The notes under the pieces are model-generated. The model saw only the letters and a list, made by a program, of their open reading frames with translations, did not search any database and was not told where the DNA came from. Below are positions 10,169-19,617 of a stretch of DNA of 64,000 bases, piece after piece. Origin of the DNA: a virus; IMG/VR virus record IMGVR_UViG_3300042934_000426, positions 32,001-96,000 of that record; one strand, written 5' to 3'. The position numbers and the translations under genes were made by a program. Within the stretch, counting starts at the first letter, position 1. Each line of letters starts with the position of its first letter.

Positions 10169-10319
10169 TTTTTATCACGTTCCCTCTTGCGTGTTCTTCG
10201 TTTAAGTAGTTTATTGCTTGCGAAGCGGTTAGTTCATGCTTTAACATAAATTCCTTACCTTCGACCCATGAATATCCCCATTGTCGAAACCATTGATTTA
10301 ATGTTTTCTTGTCTTCCAT
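10158..10319 (-). CDS. small hypothetical protein (53 aa)
   Basis: Hand-translated MEDKKTLNQWF...; RBS AGGGG; fills the gap between neighbours. Confidence 0.5.
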   Translation of the reverse strand: MEDKKTLNQWFRQWGYSWVEGKEFMLKHELTASQAINYLNEEHARGNVIKNGN

Positions 10320-10320
10320 A

Positions 10321-10527
10321 CTATTTTCCCCCTCTCCACTTATCTAATAGCATGTGGAAGGTAGCGTTAAACTTCCACATCATAACCCAATTTACTGCCG
10401 TCATAAAAACTAATTGGGGTGTTAGCTCTCCTATAAAAATACCTAATGGTATAACATAGAAGGTACATACTACCACACCGCATATAACGGCTAGCTCTAG
10501 GTATAGCTTCCATTTCGTTAGATTCAC
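10321..10527 (-). CDS. small membrane protein
   Basis: Two hydrophobic segments; RBS AGGGGG. Confidence 0.55.
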   Translation of the reverse strand: MNLTKWKLYLELAVICGVVVCTFYVIPLGIFIGELTPQLVFMTAVNWVMMWKFNATFHMLLDKWRGGK

Positions 10528-10528
10528 A

Positions 10529-10810
10529 CTAGTCTATCCCCCTATATTTTGGGTCATGAACCCAGCCATTTGTACTTCTATATAATTCTACCCCATTCTT
10601 CGGGTCTACGAAAACGTCCTTTTCCGAAATGCCGTGTAATTCCGCTAGCTCGCGCTTTCGAAGCTGGTGGGGAAGTAAGTCGGTCTTCGGAAGTTGTTTA
10701 TCTAGCTCTTCGAACGTCCGCTTTTGGTATTCGTCGGATATATCCCGAACGTAGACGGGGAATCCCGCTACGCTCGGTACACGCTTCTTTCGTTGGTGTA
10801 TGGGTATCAT
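10529..10810 (-). CDS. hypothetical protein
   Basis: ORF with ATGA coupling to the upstream gene. Confidence 0.6.
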   Translation of the reverse strand: MIPIHQRKKRVPSVAGFPVYVRDISDEYQKRTFEELDKQLPKTDLLPHQLRKRELAELHGISEKDVFVDPKNGVELYRSTNGWVHDPKYRGID

Positions 10811-10983
10811 TCAATACTCACCTTCACTTCCTCCTTCGGAAGGGCTCCGCGAACCTCTCGACTGTGCTTGAAACAGTGGATTCCCTGTACCCATTTTTTC
10901 GGGTCTTTCGGGTCAGGGTAACCTAGGTTCCATCCTGAATGGGTCAGCTCATTACAGATAATACAACGTGTTCGTCTAGCCAT
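10807..10983 (-). CDS. small Cys/His-rich protein (58 aa)
   Basis: Hand-translated MARRTRCIICNE...HCFKH; RBS AGGAGCTGG. Confidence 0.55.
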   Translation of the reverse strand: MARRTRCIICNELTHSGWNLGYPDPKDPKKWVQGIHCFKHSREVRGALPKEEVKVSIE

Positions 10984-10996
10984 TTTTACCAGCTCC

Positions 10997-11515
10997 TTAA
11001 TTTTCTGTGTGGGTCATTAATTTCTTCCTAGTTTCCTTCGCTATTCTTCCAGCTTCTTCAGGGTCTTCGAAGTAACCTAGGTAGTGGCTAACGCCTTTAA
11101 CTGTTACATTTGCTTTCCACTTTCGAAGCCTTTCGTTCCAGCTAACCCCACGAATACCGCTCTTCGTACCTGTAACAGCACCTTTACGGTTCTGTGCATT
11201 TTGACCCCTAGTAACCACTCGAAGGTTGCTCCGTTCATTATTGAATGGATTATGGTCTACATGGTCAACTACTACGTCTTTCCTTCCGTAAGTACCCATT
11301 ATCCATTGGTGAAGACCGTAAACAACCCGTGATTTTCCTGAATAAATCGCACCCCGTATATAGGGCTTACCGTCCGAATACACTATACGCCAGCTATTAG
11401 GCAATTCTTGAACCTTTGGAAGGTCTTCGGTGCTAATGAAGACCTTCTCTTGTTTATCTTTGTACGTTACGTAAATTACTGTGGTATCGCCTAAGACTTC
11501 GAATTCGTTTTTCAT
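10997..11515 (-). CDS. free-standing HNH homing endonuclease with AP2 domain
   Basis: VVDHVDHNPFNNERSNLR (HNH); SGIRGVSW..KWKA..YLGYF (AP2). Confidence 0.88.
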   Translation of the reverse strand: MKNEFEVLGDTTVIYVTYKDKQEKVFISTEDLPKVQELPNSWRIVYSDGKPYIRGAIYSGKSRVVYGLHQWIMGTYGRKDVVVDHVDHNPFNNERSNLRVVTRGQNAQNRKGAVTGTKSGIRGVSWNERLRKWKANVTVKGVSHYLGYFEDPEEAGRIAKETRKKLMTHTEN

Positions 11516-11519
11516 AGGG

Positions 11520-14120
11520 CTACCTCACTTCTATATTGGCTTTCTTAAAGAGCGGAATCATATAAGCTATGTCGTCATATGTGACGTCGGTTGCTTCTTT
11601 CTTCTCTTTCTTCGGCTTCACCCATGCTGTACCGTCAGCGTCCCAGCTTACATCTAAGGCATGTTGCCATATCTTACCGACGGCTGGTTCGGCTATGATA
11701 GGTAGAATTTCCGTAAAGCCTTCGAGCGGTGCTTCCATAACCTCTTTTATCCAGCGTGCTCCTTCCGAAGCGTATTCGATTGGACATTCAGCCTGGATTT
11801 CATCGTGGATTTGCATAACCTGTTTGATATACGGTGCTTCCTTGATGGAACGCTTCTTAATCTCCACCATGGCTCTTCGGATGATATCACTTGCTGACCC
11901 CTGAATAGGTGTGTTCATGGCTTTGTTTTCTGCGGACTTCCGAATAAACTCTTTCGGGTGATTAATGTCAGGAATCGGTCTTCGGTTTCCGAAGAGGGTT
12001 TCCACATATCCGTATTCTCTAGCGAAGCTGATTTGACTGTCCGCATACCCTCTAATACCTGGGTAGGTCGCCATGTAGTTGTTGATGAATACTTTCGCTT
12101 CGTCTTTGGTCATACCCATTTGTCGGTCTTTGGATAAGCCGAATTCGGTCATCCCATAGACGATTCCGAAGTTAACTTTTTTGGCACGATATCGATACGG
12201 CTTAAACTTACTCTTTACTTCGTCGATGGTGCATTGTAGCTTGAATACTTCTCTTGCCACTAGGCTATGAAGGTCAATGTTATCGATAAAGGCTTGAATC
12301 ATGTTCTTTTCCTGGGCGAACCAGGCGAGAACCTTTAGCTCAATTTGAGAATAGTCACATCCGATAAAAATGGTTTCTCCGCTCAATTTATGCGTGATAA
12401 TCATAATGTTCGGACGGGTAAAAATGTTCTGCTGGGTATAGTCAGCGGTTAGGTCATAGCTTGGTGCTTCGAAGACCCCTCGAATTCCCATCGGGTCGTT
12501 ATCGGGTCGTGGGATATTCTGCAAATTCGGCTTCTTCGAAGATAGTCGCCACGTACTAACAAGATTGAGCTGGGTGTGCAATTTATTGGTGTCTTTTCGG
12601 CAAAACGGAAGCATACCATTCACATAGGTACTAAGAATTTTGGTGTACTTCGAACGCTCCTTCAGTACTTTCATAAAGGCGCTGTCGCCTTCGTAGCTGT
12701 CGATTATGAGCTCCATATTGTCTTTCCCTGTTCCAGGTATTCCTGTCGTCTTCGAGCGCTCTACGCCCCTTGTATCGACTTGTAGGACGTGGAAGAATAG
12801 CCATGACTTATGCTGAGGACTTCCCCAGGAAAACGGCTTCGGTGTCTTGATTTCTAAGGCTACAGGGTCACCACGCCATTGACCCATTCCGTAAACCCCA
12901 GCGGGTACAATGACGTTACCGTGGTCGTCGACGCCCGCATGGTCTTTCGTAACCTCTCGTAAGGCTTCGTAGAGTTTTTGTTCGATACAGTCGTCTTCCC
13001 AATCTCCCGCTTCGATTTGCTCTTCGGTCATGGTTTCTCTTCCGTATAGCGCACGAAACGCTACCCGCTCCATATCCCGAAGCTTATCGGGATTCACCCG
13101 CCAACCCGCTAACTCAATTTCTCCCAGGGTCATCATAAACGGGACATTCAGCTCGAAGTACACGTCGTCTAAGCCTTCAGCCACTAGAAGCGGGTAACAC
13201 TTTAGATACACACCCAGCCCCCAATCACTGTCGGAACAGGCATAGTCAACGCTATGCTTATCGACGGGCAATTCGTTAAACGTGCGGTAGCGGGATTGTT
13301 TCTTCGTCTTCGGAAGTCCCTTTTTTGCCCCCGACTTGTAGTATTCGCCAGGGATAGGTTCTTCCCATTCGTGCTTTCCAACCGTTTGCTTAAAGGTTTT
13401 AATATTATCTACATGAATCAATCCATGCACCCATCCATCTTTGTCTGCTAATAGAGCTTTTGTGGCGGGCTTTAATCCGACTTCGGTTTCTCCTTCTGCT
13501 CCGACGGTTTCGGGTAAGGCTAGTTGCTTCACCATCACCAACGTACAAATGATTTTTCGGGTCAACGTCTTCGGGAACATATCAATGCCGTGTAATAAGC
13601 TCCATTGGTGCTCGGCTTTGATGTTATGGGCAATGACTAGGATTTCAGGGTCTTCGAGAAGAGGTTTTAAGAACTCTTGCATGATGAAGTCTGTTTCCCA
13701 ATTCGCTCCGTAGCTAGTATGGTTCATAGGGAAGTAAAACGCCTGACCGATTTCCCAGGCTACCGATACCCCTACGATTTCGTGGTCTTGCGGGTCTTGG
13801 GTGTCGTCTTCAGGGTCACCGTTTGTTTCATAGTCGAAGCTAATGATTTTCTTCTTTCGAATTTCCTGAGCTATGGTTCGAAGCTTCGGAAGGTCATTTT
13901 TTCCGACCGCATGATAGCCTCTTCCTGGTAGCTCTACATTTAGTATTTGCTGGACTTCAGCGGTGCTTTCTGCCTGAGCGATTCGTGCCTTCGCTTGCGG
14001 ACTTAACTTCGTTGGGGTCGTGGTTCTACTTGGTGCGATTACTCGCTTCGGCTCTTCCCTCTTCGGAAGTGCCTTTTTCTTTTGGCTTGCTACCTTCTCT
14101 TTGAGCTTCGCTAGGCTCAT
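11520..14120 (-). CDS. polA: family A DNA polymerase with 3'-5' exonuclease
   Basis: Exo FDYET, AHNIKAE, YACSD; pol RLSSKKPNLQNIP, DYSQIEL, RAKKVNFGIVYG, NTPIQGSA, QIHDE. Confidence 0.95.
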   Translation of the reverse strand: MSLAKLKEKVASQKKKALPKREEPKRVIAPSRTTTPTKLSPQAKARIAQAESTAEVQQILNVELPGRGYHAVGKNDLPKLRTIAQEIRKKKIISFDYETNGDPEDDTQDPQDHEIVGVSVAWEIGQAFYFPMNHTSYGANWETDFIMQEFLKPLLEDPEILVIAHNIKAEHQWSLLHGIDMFPKTLTRKIICTLVMVKQLALPETVGAEGETEVGLKPATKALLADKDGWVHGLIHVDNIKTFKQTVGKHEWEEPIPGEYYKSGAKKGLPKTKKQSRYRTFNELPVDKHSVDYACSDSDWGLGVYLKCYPLLVAEGLDDVYFELNVPFMMTLGEIELAGWRVNPDKLRDMERVAFRALYGRETMTEEQIEAGDWEDDCIEQKLYEALREVTKDHAGVDDHGNVIVPAGVYGMGQWRGDPVALEIKTPKPFSWGSPQHKSWLFFHVLQVDTRGVERSKTTGIPGTGKDNMELIIDSYEGDSAFMKVLKERSKYTKILSTYVNGMLPFCRKDTNKLHTQLNLVSTWRLSSKKPNLQNIPRPDNDPMGIRGVFEAPSYDLTADYTQQNIFTRPNIMIITHKLSGETIFIGCDYSQIELKVLAWFAQEKNMIQAFIDNIDLHSLVAREVFKLQCTIDEVKSKFKPYRYRAKKVNFGIVYGMTEFGLSKDRQMGMTKDEAKVFINNYMATYPGIRGYADSQISFAREYGYVETLFGNRRPIPDINHPKEFIRKSAENKAMNTPIQGSASDIIRRAMVEIKKRSIKEAPYIKQVMQIHDEIQAECPIEYASEGARWIKEVMEAPLEGFTEILPIIAEPAVGKIWQHALDVSWDADGTAWVKPKKEKKEATDVTYDDIAYMIPLFKKANIEVR

Positions 14121-14132
14121 AGTTACCAGCTC

Positions 14133-14309
14133 CTATCTAAAATACCGTGGGTGAATGTCCTTTGACTGAAGAGTGTGCAAATTGCCTTCGTCGTCTTCCC
14201 CTATGAATTCTTGCGGTTTATCAGGACTATACCCACTTGGATTTTGTTGCTTAACGGTTACCCATAGACCACTTGCTAATTCCAATCTTACACCGATTTT
14301 TGGTAGCAT
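14133..14309 (-). CDS. small hypothetical protein (58 aa)
   Basis: Hand-translated MLPKIGVRLELASG...; RBS AGGAGCTGG. Confidence 0.5.
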   Translation of the reverse strand: MLPKIGVRLELASGLWVTVKQQNPSGYSPDKPQEFIGEDDEGNLHTLQSKDIHPRYFR

Positions 14310-14321
14310 ACTTACCAGCTC

Positions 14322-14699
14322 CTATTCACAAATTCTTTTTAGATACTTTTGGCGTATCTCTTGCATACGTGGCGTCGGAAGGTAGTATTTCTTGGATTCC
14401 CTTCGAATCAGTCCTAGTTGCTGAAATAACTTTAATCGCTTTAAGACGGGCTTATCACTGTAGCCTAGCTCGCCATAAACTTCCTGAGCGGTGACCACAC
14501 CCCTATCGACGATGAAGGTAATGAGCGCCTTCGTCAGGTCTTTGCTTCCCTGTTTATTCGTCGGGTGAAGCACGGTGCGAATGAATAACAGGTCTTGAAT
14601 GGAAAGGGGTTGAATGTCCTTATAGTGACCGCCCCGCTCTTTCCAGCGCTCGACGTCTTTTTGGTAATTCGATAGCACTTCTAACGCTTTTGCGTCCAA
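14322..14699 (-). CDS. winged-HTH DNA-binding protein
   Basis: VTAQEVYGELGYSDKPVLKRLKLFQQLGLIRR wHTH pattern. Confidence 0.7.
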   Translation of the reverse strand: MDAKALEVLSNYQKDVERWKERGGHYKDIQPLSIQDLLFIRTVLHPTNKQGSKDLTKALITFIVDRGVVTAQEVYGELGYSDKPVLKRLKLFQQLGLIRRESKKYYLPTPRMQEIRQKYLKRICE

Positions 14700-14753
14700 T
14701 GTTGACCAGCTCCTTTGTCAGAATTCAGTACGACTTCGTACGTTATATGATTA

Positions 14754-14781
14754 AGTATAACCAACTTTGAACAAATGTCAA
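14754..14781 (-). promoter_or_regulatory. sigmaA-type promoter
   Basis: TTGACA-16 bp-TATACT; spacer contains TTGTTCAAAGTTG. Confidence 0.65.
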
Positions 14782-14816
14782 CAAGAAAAGAAGCCCATTT
14801 TCAGGGCTTCCCTTGT

Positions 14817-15035
14817 CTAATTTTGACAGTCCTCACAATTTTCCCATATACCCACAATTTCTAAGGTTTCAGCGTCTACGTACAAGTAGACGTTGCTATC
14901 ACGCCAGCGCCATAGCCCTAAAACCTCATGGTCAGGATGACCTACTTCGTGCCCGCTCCAATCGCTTTCCCAAAAAAGGTCTTGGTGGTCGACCCACGTT
15001 TGACCGCACCCTGGGTGTATTTGTTTTTCTCCCAT
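14817..15035 (-). CDS. hypothetical protein
   Basis: ORF with RBS AGGAGCTGG. Confidence 0.55.
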   Translation of the reverse strand: MGEKQIHPGCGQTWVDHQDLFWESDWSGHEVGHPDHEVLGLWRWRDSNVYLYVDAETLEIVGIWENCEDCQN

Positions 15036-15048
15036 ACTTACCAGCTCC

Positions 15049-18000
15049 TTATGTGTTCAAGTATTCAATGAACTTCGGTAACTTCCGAAGCCCATCACGG
15101 GTACGTTTAATCATGCTATGCTTCGTGAGGATTGCCAGTCGGTCATTCACCTGTTTTCGCTCGAATCCTAACATATCGATAATCTCGGCTGGCTTCAGAA
15201 TATCGTTCTTTCGGAAGAGCTCTAGGATTTCTTCCGATACGGCTACGTTCTCCCCGAAGTCCATGTTTTCAAGGGTTTGGCGAATCTCTTCCGCTTCTTC
15301 TTCGGTCAGCTCGGATTCTTCTTTGCTCTTGGCACTATAAATGTCTAGGCGGGCGTTTTGGTTGTCGTAAATCACTTGGATAAAGTCAGCTACATACTCC
15401 ACATGGTCAGGATTCACAATCACCTTCTCATGCGCTTCGTCGGTTGAATGAAGCAAGCTTGCTAGACTAATAGCCATACGTGCAATCTTCTTCCGAAGGT
15501 CAGACGGCTCTAAAAGCGGAATGTCCTGAGCGTAGCCGTACTTCTCGCCTAACTCGTCAGCCTTCGCTAGAATCTTACGCATAGCGGGCTTCGTAATCTC
15601 AATGTGTTCAGGTTTGCGTGACCACGCCCATAGAATCGAATCCCGAAGAGCTTCGGAAGTGATTAGTTGAACTTCGGGCTTGTCGTATTCCTGATTGAGT
15701 ACCGCCTTCGTGACGTCACCTGACTGAAGGAATATCGCCATATCCAAACGTCTGATATCTGCTGGTGAAGCGAACAACGGTTTTAAGGCTTCTACCCCAT
15801 GCGTGAAGCTCGATAGCGTTCTTGCCTTCGCTGGGTTCGTTAAAAGGATTAATCGGACACGGGCGTTGGTTTCGGTGTTGACCGTACGGTCTACTCGAAG
15901 TACCCCTGTGGTTCTCGCTTCGGTAATCTTACCAAAGTCTTCAGGGTGTAATTCAGAAAATTCGTCGATTGCGATTAGCTTGCGGTCACTAAGCGGGTAT
16001 TTCCCCCAGGTGATGAACCATCGTTCACCCATTTGCTCTAGGCGGTAGACTAATCCTGTACGGGACGTTCCTTCCCCTGACGTCATATTTCCTAGCCCCG
16101 CGAATTCCATAATGTTGCTAACAAGCTGGGTCTTCGCTTGCCCTGAATCTCCGACGAATACCGTTTCCAGCCAGCCACGCTTTTCGAGCTGACCCTGGAA
16201 ATAATAGTTTAAAGCGGAATGGTAGGTTAATAGTACCGCCAGGTGTGGCTCGAAGCGTTCTCGTACCAGGGTCACGTTGTCTACCAGGTCGCCTACTAAC
16301 AGGCTCACTCTATCGTCAATCGTTTCCCCTTCTTGCACCTTGAATACATCTAATCGTTGTCTAGCCTCTTCGGTCATTTCAAACTTTGATATGCTATCCT
16401 CTAACGGCTCTTGCTTTTGGCTCAGAATGGTCGCCATAGCGTTTTTCGGGTGACTATAGACATAACCCTCTAGGTCATAGTGTGTATTCGCCTGTACGTC
16501 ATTTCCGACGGCATACACCTTACGGGTCACGTACTCATTTCCTTCTCCGTCTACTTCCTTCGAAGACCCGTCTTCCCCTTTGACCGTCTTTACACGGTCA
16601 GCCATGGGCACCACTAGGAGCTCGGTGATATTTTCGTGTTCCAGCACTTCGGATTTAACCTTCTTACAGGAAGCTCCTGAATGGTGGAAGAGTATTCCTT
16701 TTAGCTGGGTATCATTTTGGTTGGTGGCTTCGATTAGGAATCGTTCATTTTCATGGAATTCCCGCTCGTATAGCCCACCGAAGTCGTGCATAATACAATC
16801 TTTGTCACAGAACGGTTCATGGCTACATACATAGCGAACCTTCTTTGGCACAATGTAAGGCGTATCCATTTTCCCTGATACCAGGGCGCTAAACGCTACT
16901 TTCTTTCCTGTGAATTCGGCATTAGCTGTCTTCGCTAGGTGCATGTGCTCGGCTGGCTCTTGGTCAATGGCGAAGTCTTCGTGGGCTGGGCATGCACGCC
17001 CCGCACATGGAACGGTTTCATAGTCACGTCCCTTACGCTCTCCTGATAGGCTTCGAATGAAGGCACAACCGAAGTGGTACTTTTGGTCTTCGTACACCGT
17101 TTTAATACACCCAATCGTAGACGCTTGCACTTCCGAAGGAGAAGAGCTAGTGAACGACTTCGGAATCTTTTTGACCCAATCGCACAAAATCTTGACCGTT
17201 TCGCTCATAGGGTAACCAGCGTCTTTATAGTACGAAGCTAGCGCCATTGTCGCTTTGTTACGGTCGCCTGATTTGAGGATTCCACGCTCGATGATAAATT
17301 GAACACATACAGGTACACCTTCCATTTGCTTTAGTACGGTGTCCTTTAGGGTTACACGGTCTGTATAGAGCTTATCAACTTCTTCCCATGCTTCGACTTT
17401 ACTCGCATACCATTCGTGAATGTCTTCGTTCAAATTGTACTCACATTGGTCAGGCGGGTAGAGGTCAGGACGTGGTGACTTTGCCAATCCATTAATGATG
17501 TTCCGAAGGTCGCTTTTCACTTCGTCATGGGTCAGTTCTACTTTGAATAGCCCGCTCTTATAGTGGATGGAATTCACCAGGCGAAGCATGCGACGGGTTC
17601 CGTAAATGGAAGAGGAATCTAAGCTTTTTAGTCCTAGCTGGGTTTCTAAGGTAACCGCGATAAACTTGATAATTCGGTTTAGCTTTTTATGTGGCTGGAT
17701 TCCCATAATCGTCGGATTCGCAATCACATGGAAGCCCTTCGAACCGCTGAAGTACACCCTGATTTCGTCTTCAGTTACCTGAAATCGCTCCGTGAAGTAA
17801 TGAAGAATCTTTACGACGTCACTTCGGCTCATTTCCAGGTTTTTAATCCATACAAAATCAGTACACGCCTGGTCACTGTCCACATAGTCATTAATCGATT
17901 GATTCGTGTCTTTTGATAACGGAATACCCATTTCGTAATTGCGAAGGTGTAATAATAGGTTTTCAGGTAATAGTCCGATTAATTCGTCCGCCTTTACCGC

Positions 18001-18318
18001 TCCCATTTCGACCAGTCCTGGGGCTTCCTGAATAACACCTTCTTTTACTTCCGAAGTAAGACTTCGTGAGCTATCAATATCGAAGAATAACGGCATATAA
18101 AGGAGCTCGGCTTCCCCATCAGGTCTTACCTTGTTACGAAAAGTTTGAATGGTGGAAAATACGTTGTAATTGCCGTATTGTTGCCTGAAGTCTTCCAGCT
18201 TATCCGCTTCGGTGCGGTTCCATTTCGTGTTCACGCCCGTTTGCGGGTTCTTGTGGTAGACGTCCACATAGAGGAAGTCCTCTAGTTTGATTTCGCTTTT
18301 CTTTTTCCCTTTTGCCAT
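15049..18318 (-). CDS. AEP primase fused to MCM-family AAA+ helicase
   Basis: AEP FFDID, YFSGSKGFH, RMLRL; Cys-rich linker; MCM Zn motif, Walker A GDSGQAKTQ, TSRTGL, Walker B IDEF, LLTNP, Arg finger RRLD; C-terminal wHTH. Confidence 0.85.
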   Translation of the reverse strand: MAKGKKKSEIKLEDFLYVDVYHKNPQTGVNTKWNRTEADKLEDFRQQYGNYNVFSTIQTFRNKVRPDGEAELLYMPLFFDIDSSRSLTSEVKEGVIQEAPGLVEMGAVKADELIGLLPENLLLHLRNYEMGIPLSKDTNQSINDYVDSDQACTDFVWIKNLEMSRSDVVKILHYFTERFQVTEDEIRVYFSGSKGFHVIANPTIMGIQPHKKLNRIIKFIAVTLETQLGLKSLDSSSIYGTRRMLRLVNSIHYKSGLFKVELTHDEVKSDLRNIINGLAKSPRPDLYPPDQCEYNLNEDIHEWYASKVEAWEEVDKLYTDRVTLKDTVLKQMEGVPVCVQFIIERGILKSGDRNKATMALASYYKDAGYPMSETVKILCDWVKKIPKSFTSSSPSEVQASTIGCIKTVYEDQKYHFGCAFIRSLSGERKGRDYETVPCAGRACPAHEDFAIDQEPAEHMHLAKTANAEFTGKKVAFSALVSGKMDTPYIVPKKVRYVCSHEPFCDKDCIMHDFGGLYEREFHENERFLIEATNQNDTQLKGILFHHSGASCKKVKSEVLEHENITELLVVPMADRVKTVKGEDGSSKEVDGEGNEYVTRKVYAVGNDVQANTHYDLEGYVYSHPKNAMATILSQKQEPLEDSISKFEMTEEARQRLDVFKVQEGETIDDRVSLLVGDLVDNVTLVRERFEPHLAVLLTYHSALNYYFQGQLEKRGWLETVFVGDSGQAKTQLVSNIMEFAGLGNMTSGEGTSRTGLVYRLEQMGERWFITWGKYPLSDRKLIAIDEFSELHPEDFGKITEARTTGVLRVDRTVNTETNARVRLILLTNPAKARTLSSFTHGVEALKPLFASPADIRRLDMAIFLQSGDVTKAVLNQEYDKPEVQLITSEALRDSILWAWSRKPEHIEITKPAMRKILAKADELGEKYGYAQDIPLLEPSDLRKKIARMAISLASLLHSTDEAHEKVIVNPDHVEYVADFIQVIYDNQNARLDIYSAKSKEESELTEEEAEEIRQTLENMDFGENVAVSEEILELFRKNDILKPAEIIDMLGFERKQVNDRLAILTKHSMIKRTRDGLRKLPKFIEYLNT

Positions 18319-18433
18319 TTCCGTTTCCCCCTGTGAGCCTACTTCCGAAGTAAAGCCTGGGTCGGGTCGCTCCTTATGAGCTTACCTTGCCTTCTTTATC
18401 GCTTCGAAGGGCTCGATTAATAATGAAAAGAAT

Positions 18434-18465
18434 AGACCCCTGAAGAGCGAATCATTCAGGGGTCT
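18434..18465 (-). terminator. hairpin/terminator after SSB-like gene
   Basis: AGACCCCTGAA/TTCAGGGGTCT 11-bp inverted repeat. Confidence 0.55.
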
Positions 18466-18484
18466 TCATTTTGGTTTCGAAGAA

Positions 18485-19135
18485 CTATTCAGCTTCTACT
18501 ACGCCTACGTTTTCAAATTCTACACGGCTATAACGAATTTTCTTGTCGTTACGGTTTTCCTGACGGCTGATTGTCATTTTCGTATAGATTTGGTTGATGG
18601 CGAAGCCCGCTTTGGCTTGTGCTTTTACGTAGTCGATAAAGTTCATAGCGGAAGCGGTCGGAAGCGTCATGATGTACTCAGTCGGCTCACCTTCTTCGCC
18701 TTCTTCGAACCAGCGAATTTCGAATTTCAATTTATATCGGTCGTCTAATTTCGTGTCGCTATTGTTGTACTTATTGTTGTCTTCGTCAAACCATTGATAG
18801 AAGCGTTTTCCGAAGCTTACAACCATTATAATCTCCGTAGCTGTTTCATTGCTTGCTTTGTAAAGGAAGTTTGTTCCGTCGATGGATACGTAATTACCGC
18901 CACCTGTGATATCGTCGATATTATCCAGGATTCCAGCGTTCATAACCGCCATTTGATTCGGGTTGTTGTTTACGGCTGGTGTTGCAGATTGGTTACGTGG
19001 TGCTGGTGTTTGGTTTGTCATGTGATTACCCCCGTTTTGAACTGTTTGCTGATTTGCATGTTGGTCTACGTTACCCGCTGGTACTGAGGTTGTTTGGGCT
19101 TTTGGTGCTCCCCCACGATTTGCTCTTAATGCCAT
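18485..19135 (-). CDS. putative ssDNA-binding/recombination protein
   Basis: Low-complexity N-terminus plus beta-rich domain, next to primase-helicase; true start ATG 19135 (RBS AGGTGG). Confidence 0.5.
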   Translation of the reverse strand: MALRANRGGAPKAQTTSVPAGNVDQHANQQTVQNGGNHMTNQTPAPRNQSATPAVNNNPNQMAVMNAGILDNIDDITGGGNYVSIDGTNFLYKASNETATEIIMVVSFGKRFYQWFDEDNNKYNNSDTKLDDRYKLKFEIRWFEEGEEGEPTEYIMTLPTASAMNFIDYVKAQAKAGFAINQIYTKMTISRQENRNDKKIRYSRVEFENVGVVEAE

Positions 19136-19617
19136 AATGTTTTCCACCTTTCTGTCAGCTATCGGCTGAACACTGTAATATGATTTGCGGTAGCCTTCGA
19201 TTTGGTCTACCAAAAGTGATTCGAAGACGCTCGGCACAGTTCCACGTTTAGCTCACTCATTTCGTCAATCCCGCTTAGTGTCTATGCAAGTATCTATTGC
19301 GGGAGAAAGTGAGCGTGTACTGTCTTGCCTTTACGAATTTCCTACCCCTAGGTCGTTCGTTTGCGTGGGGTACTTCGAATCAGCTTTTGCTAGACCGAAG
19401 GGAGCGTCGGTGTAAATCCACCGATACTTTGTTGGTTTGACCCCGCCTATTTCGGTCTACCGAAAAGGGTTCATTACCTGGACTGATTACCAGCTTTGGT
19501 GGGATTTACGGTGTTTACCGTTCAGCCGTACTTTCGCCCGCTTAAAAGGGGTACTATTCAGCCATACTAAGAATTGACCTAACCCGTTATGAACGCCTTT
19601 CGCTAGACCGAAGCGTG
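19136..19617 (-). ncRNA. putative structured non-coding RNA with two domains
   Basis: Long stems 19201-19226/19373-19399 and 19451-19474/19589-19612, with internal helices; no credible ORF. Confidence 0.6.

Noticed and set aside
2426-18318. Introns or inteins in nrdJ, thyA, polA or the helicase
   Set aside because: The ORFs are continuous and no intein splice-junction motifs were recognised
19136-19237. N-terminal extension of the SSB-like ORF to 19237
   Set aside because: No RBS; ATG 19135 has AGGTGG, and the extension overlaps the structured element
19277-19286. 10-nt match (TAGTGTCTAT) between the RNA loop and element A (26869)
   Set aside because: Expected by chance and not conserved in element B
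19528-19562. Hammerhead-like CUGA...CGAAA in the structured region
   Set aside because: The core reads CUGAAUA instead of CUGANGA, and stems I and III are not evident
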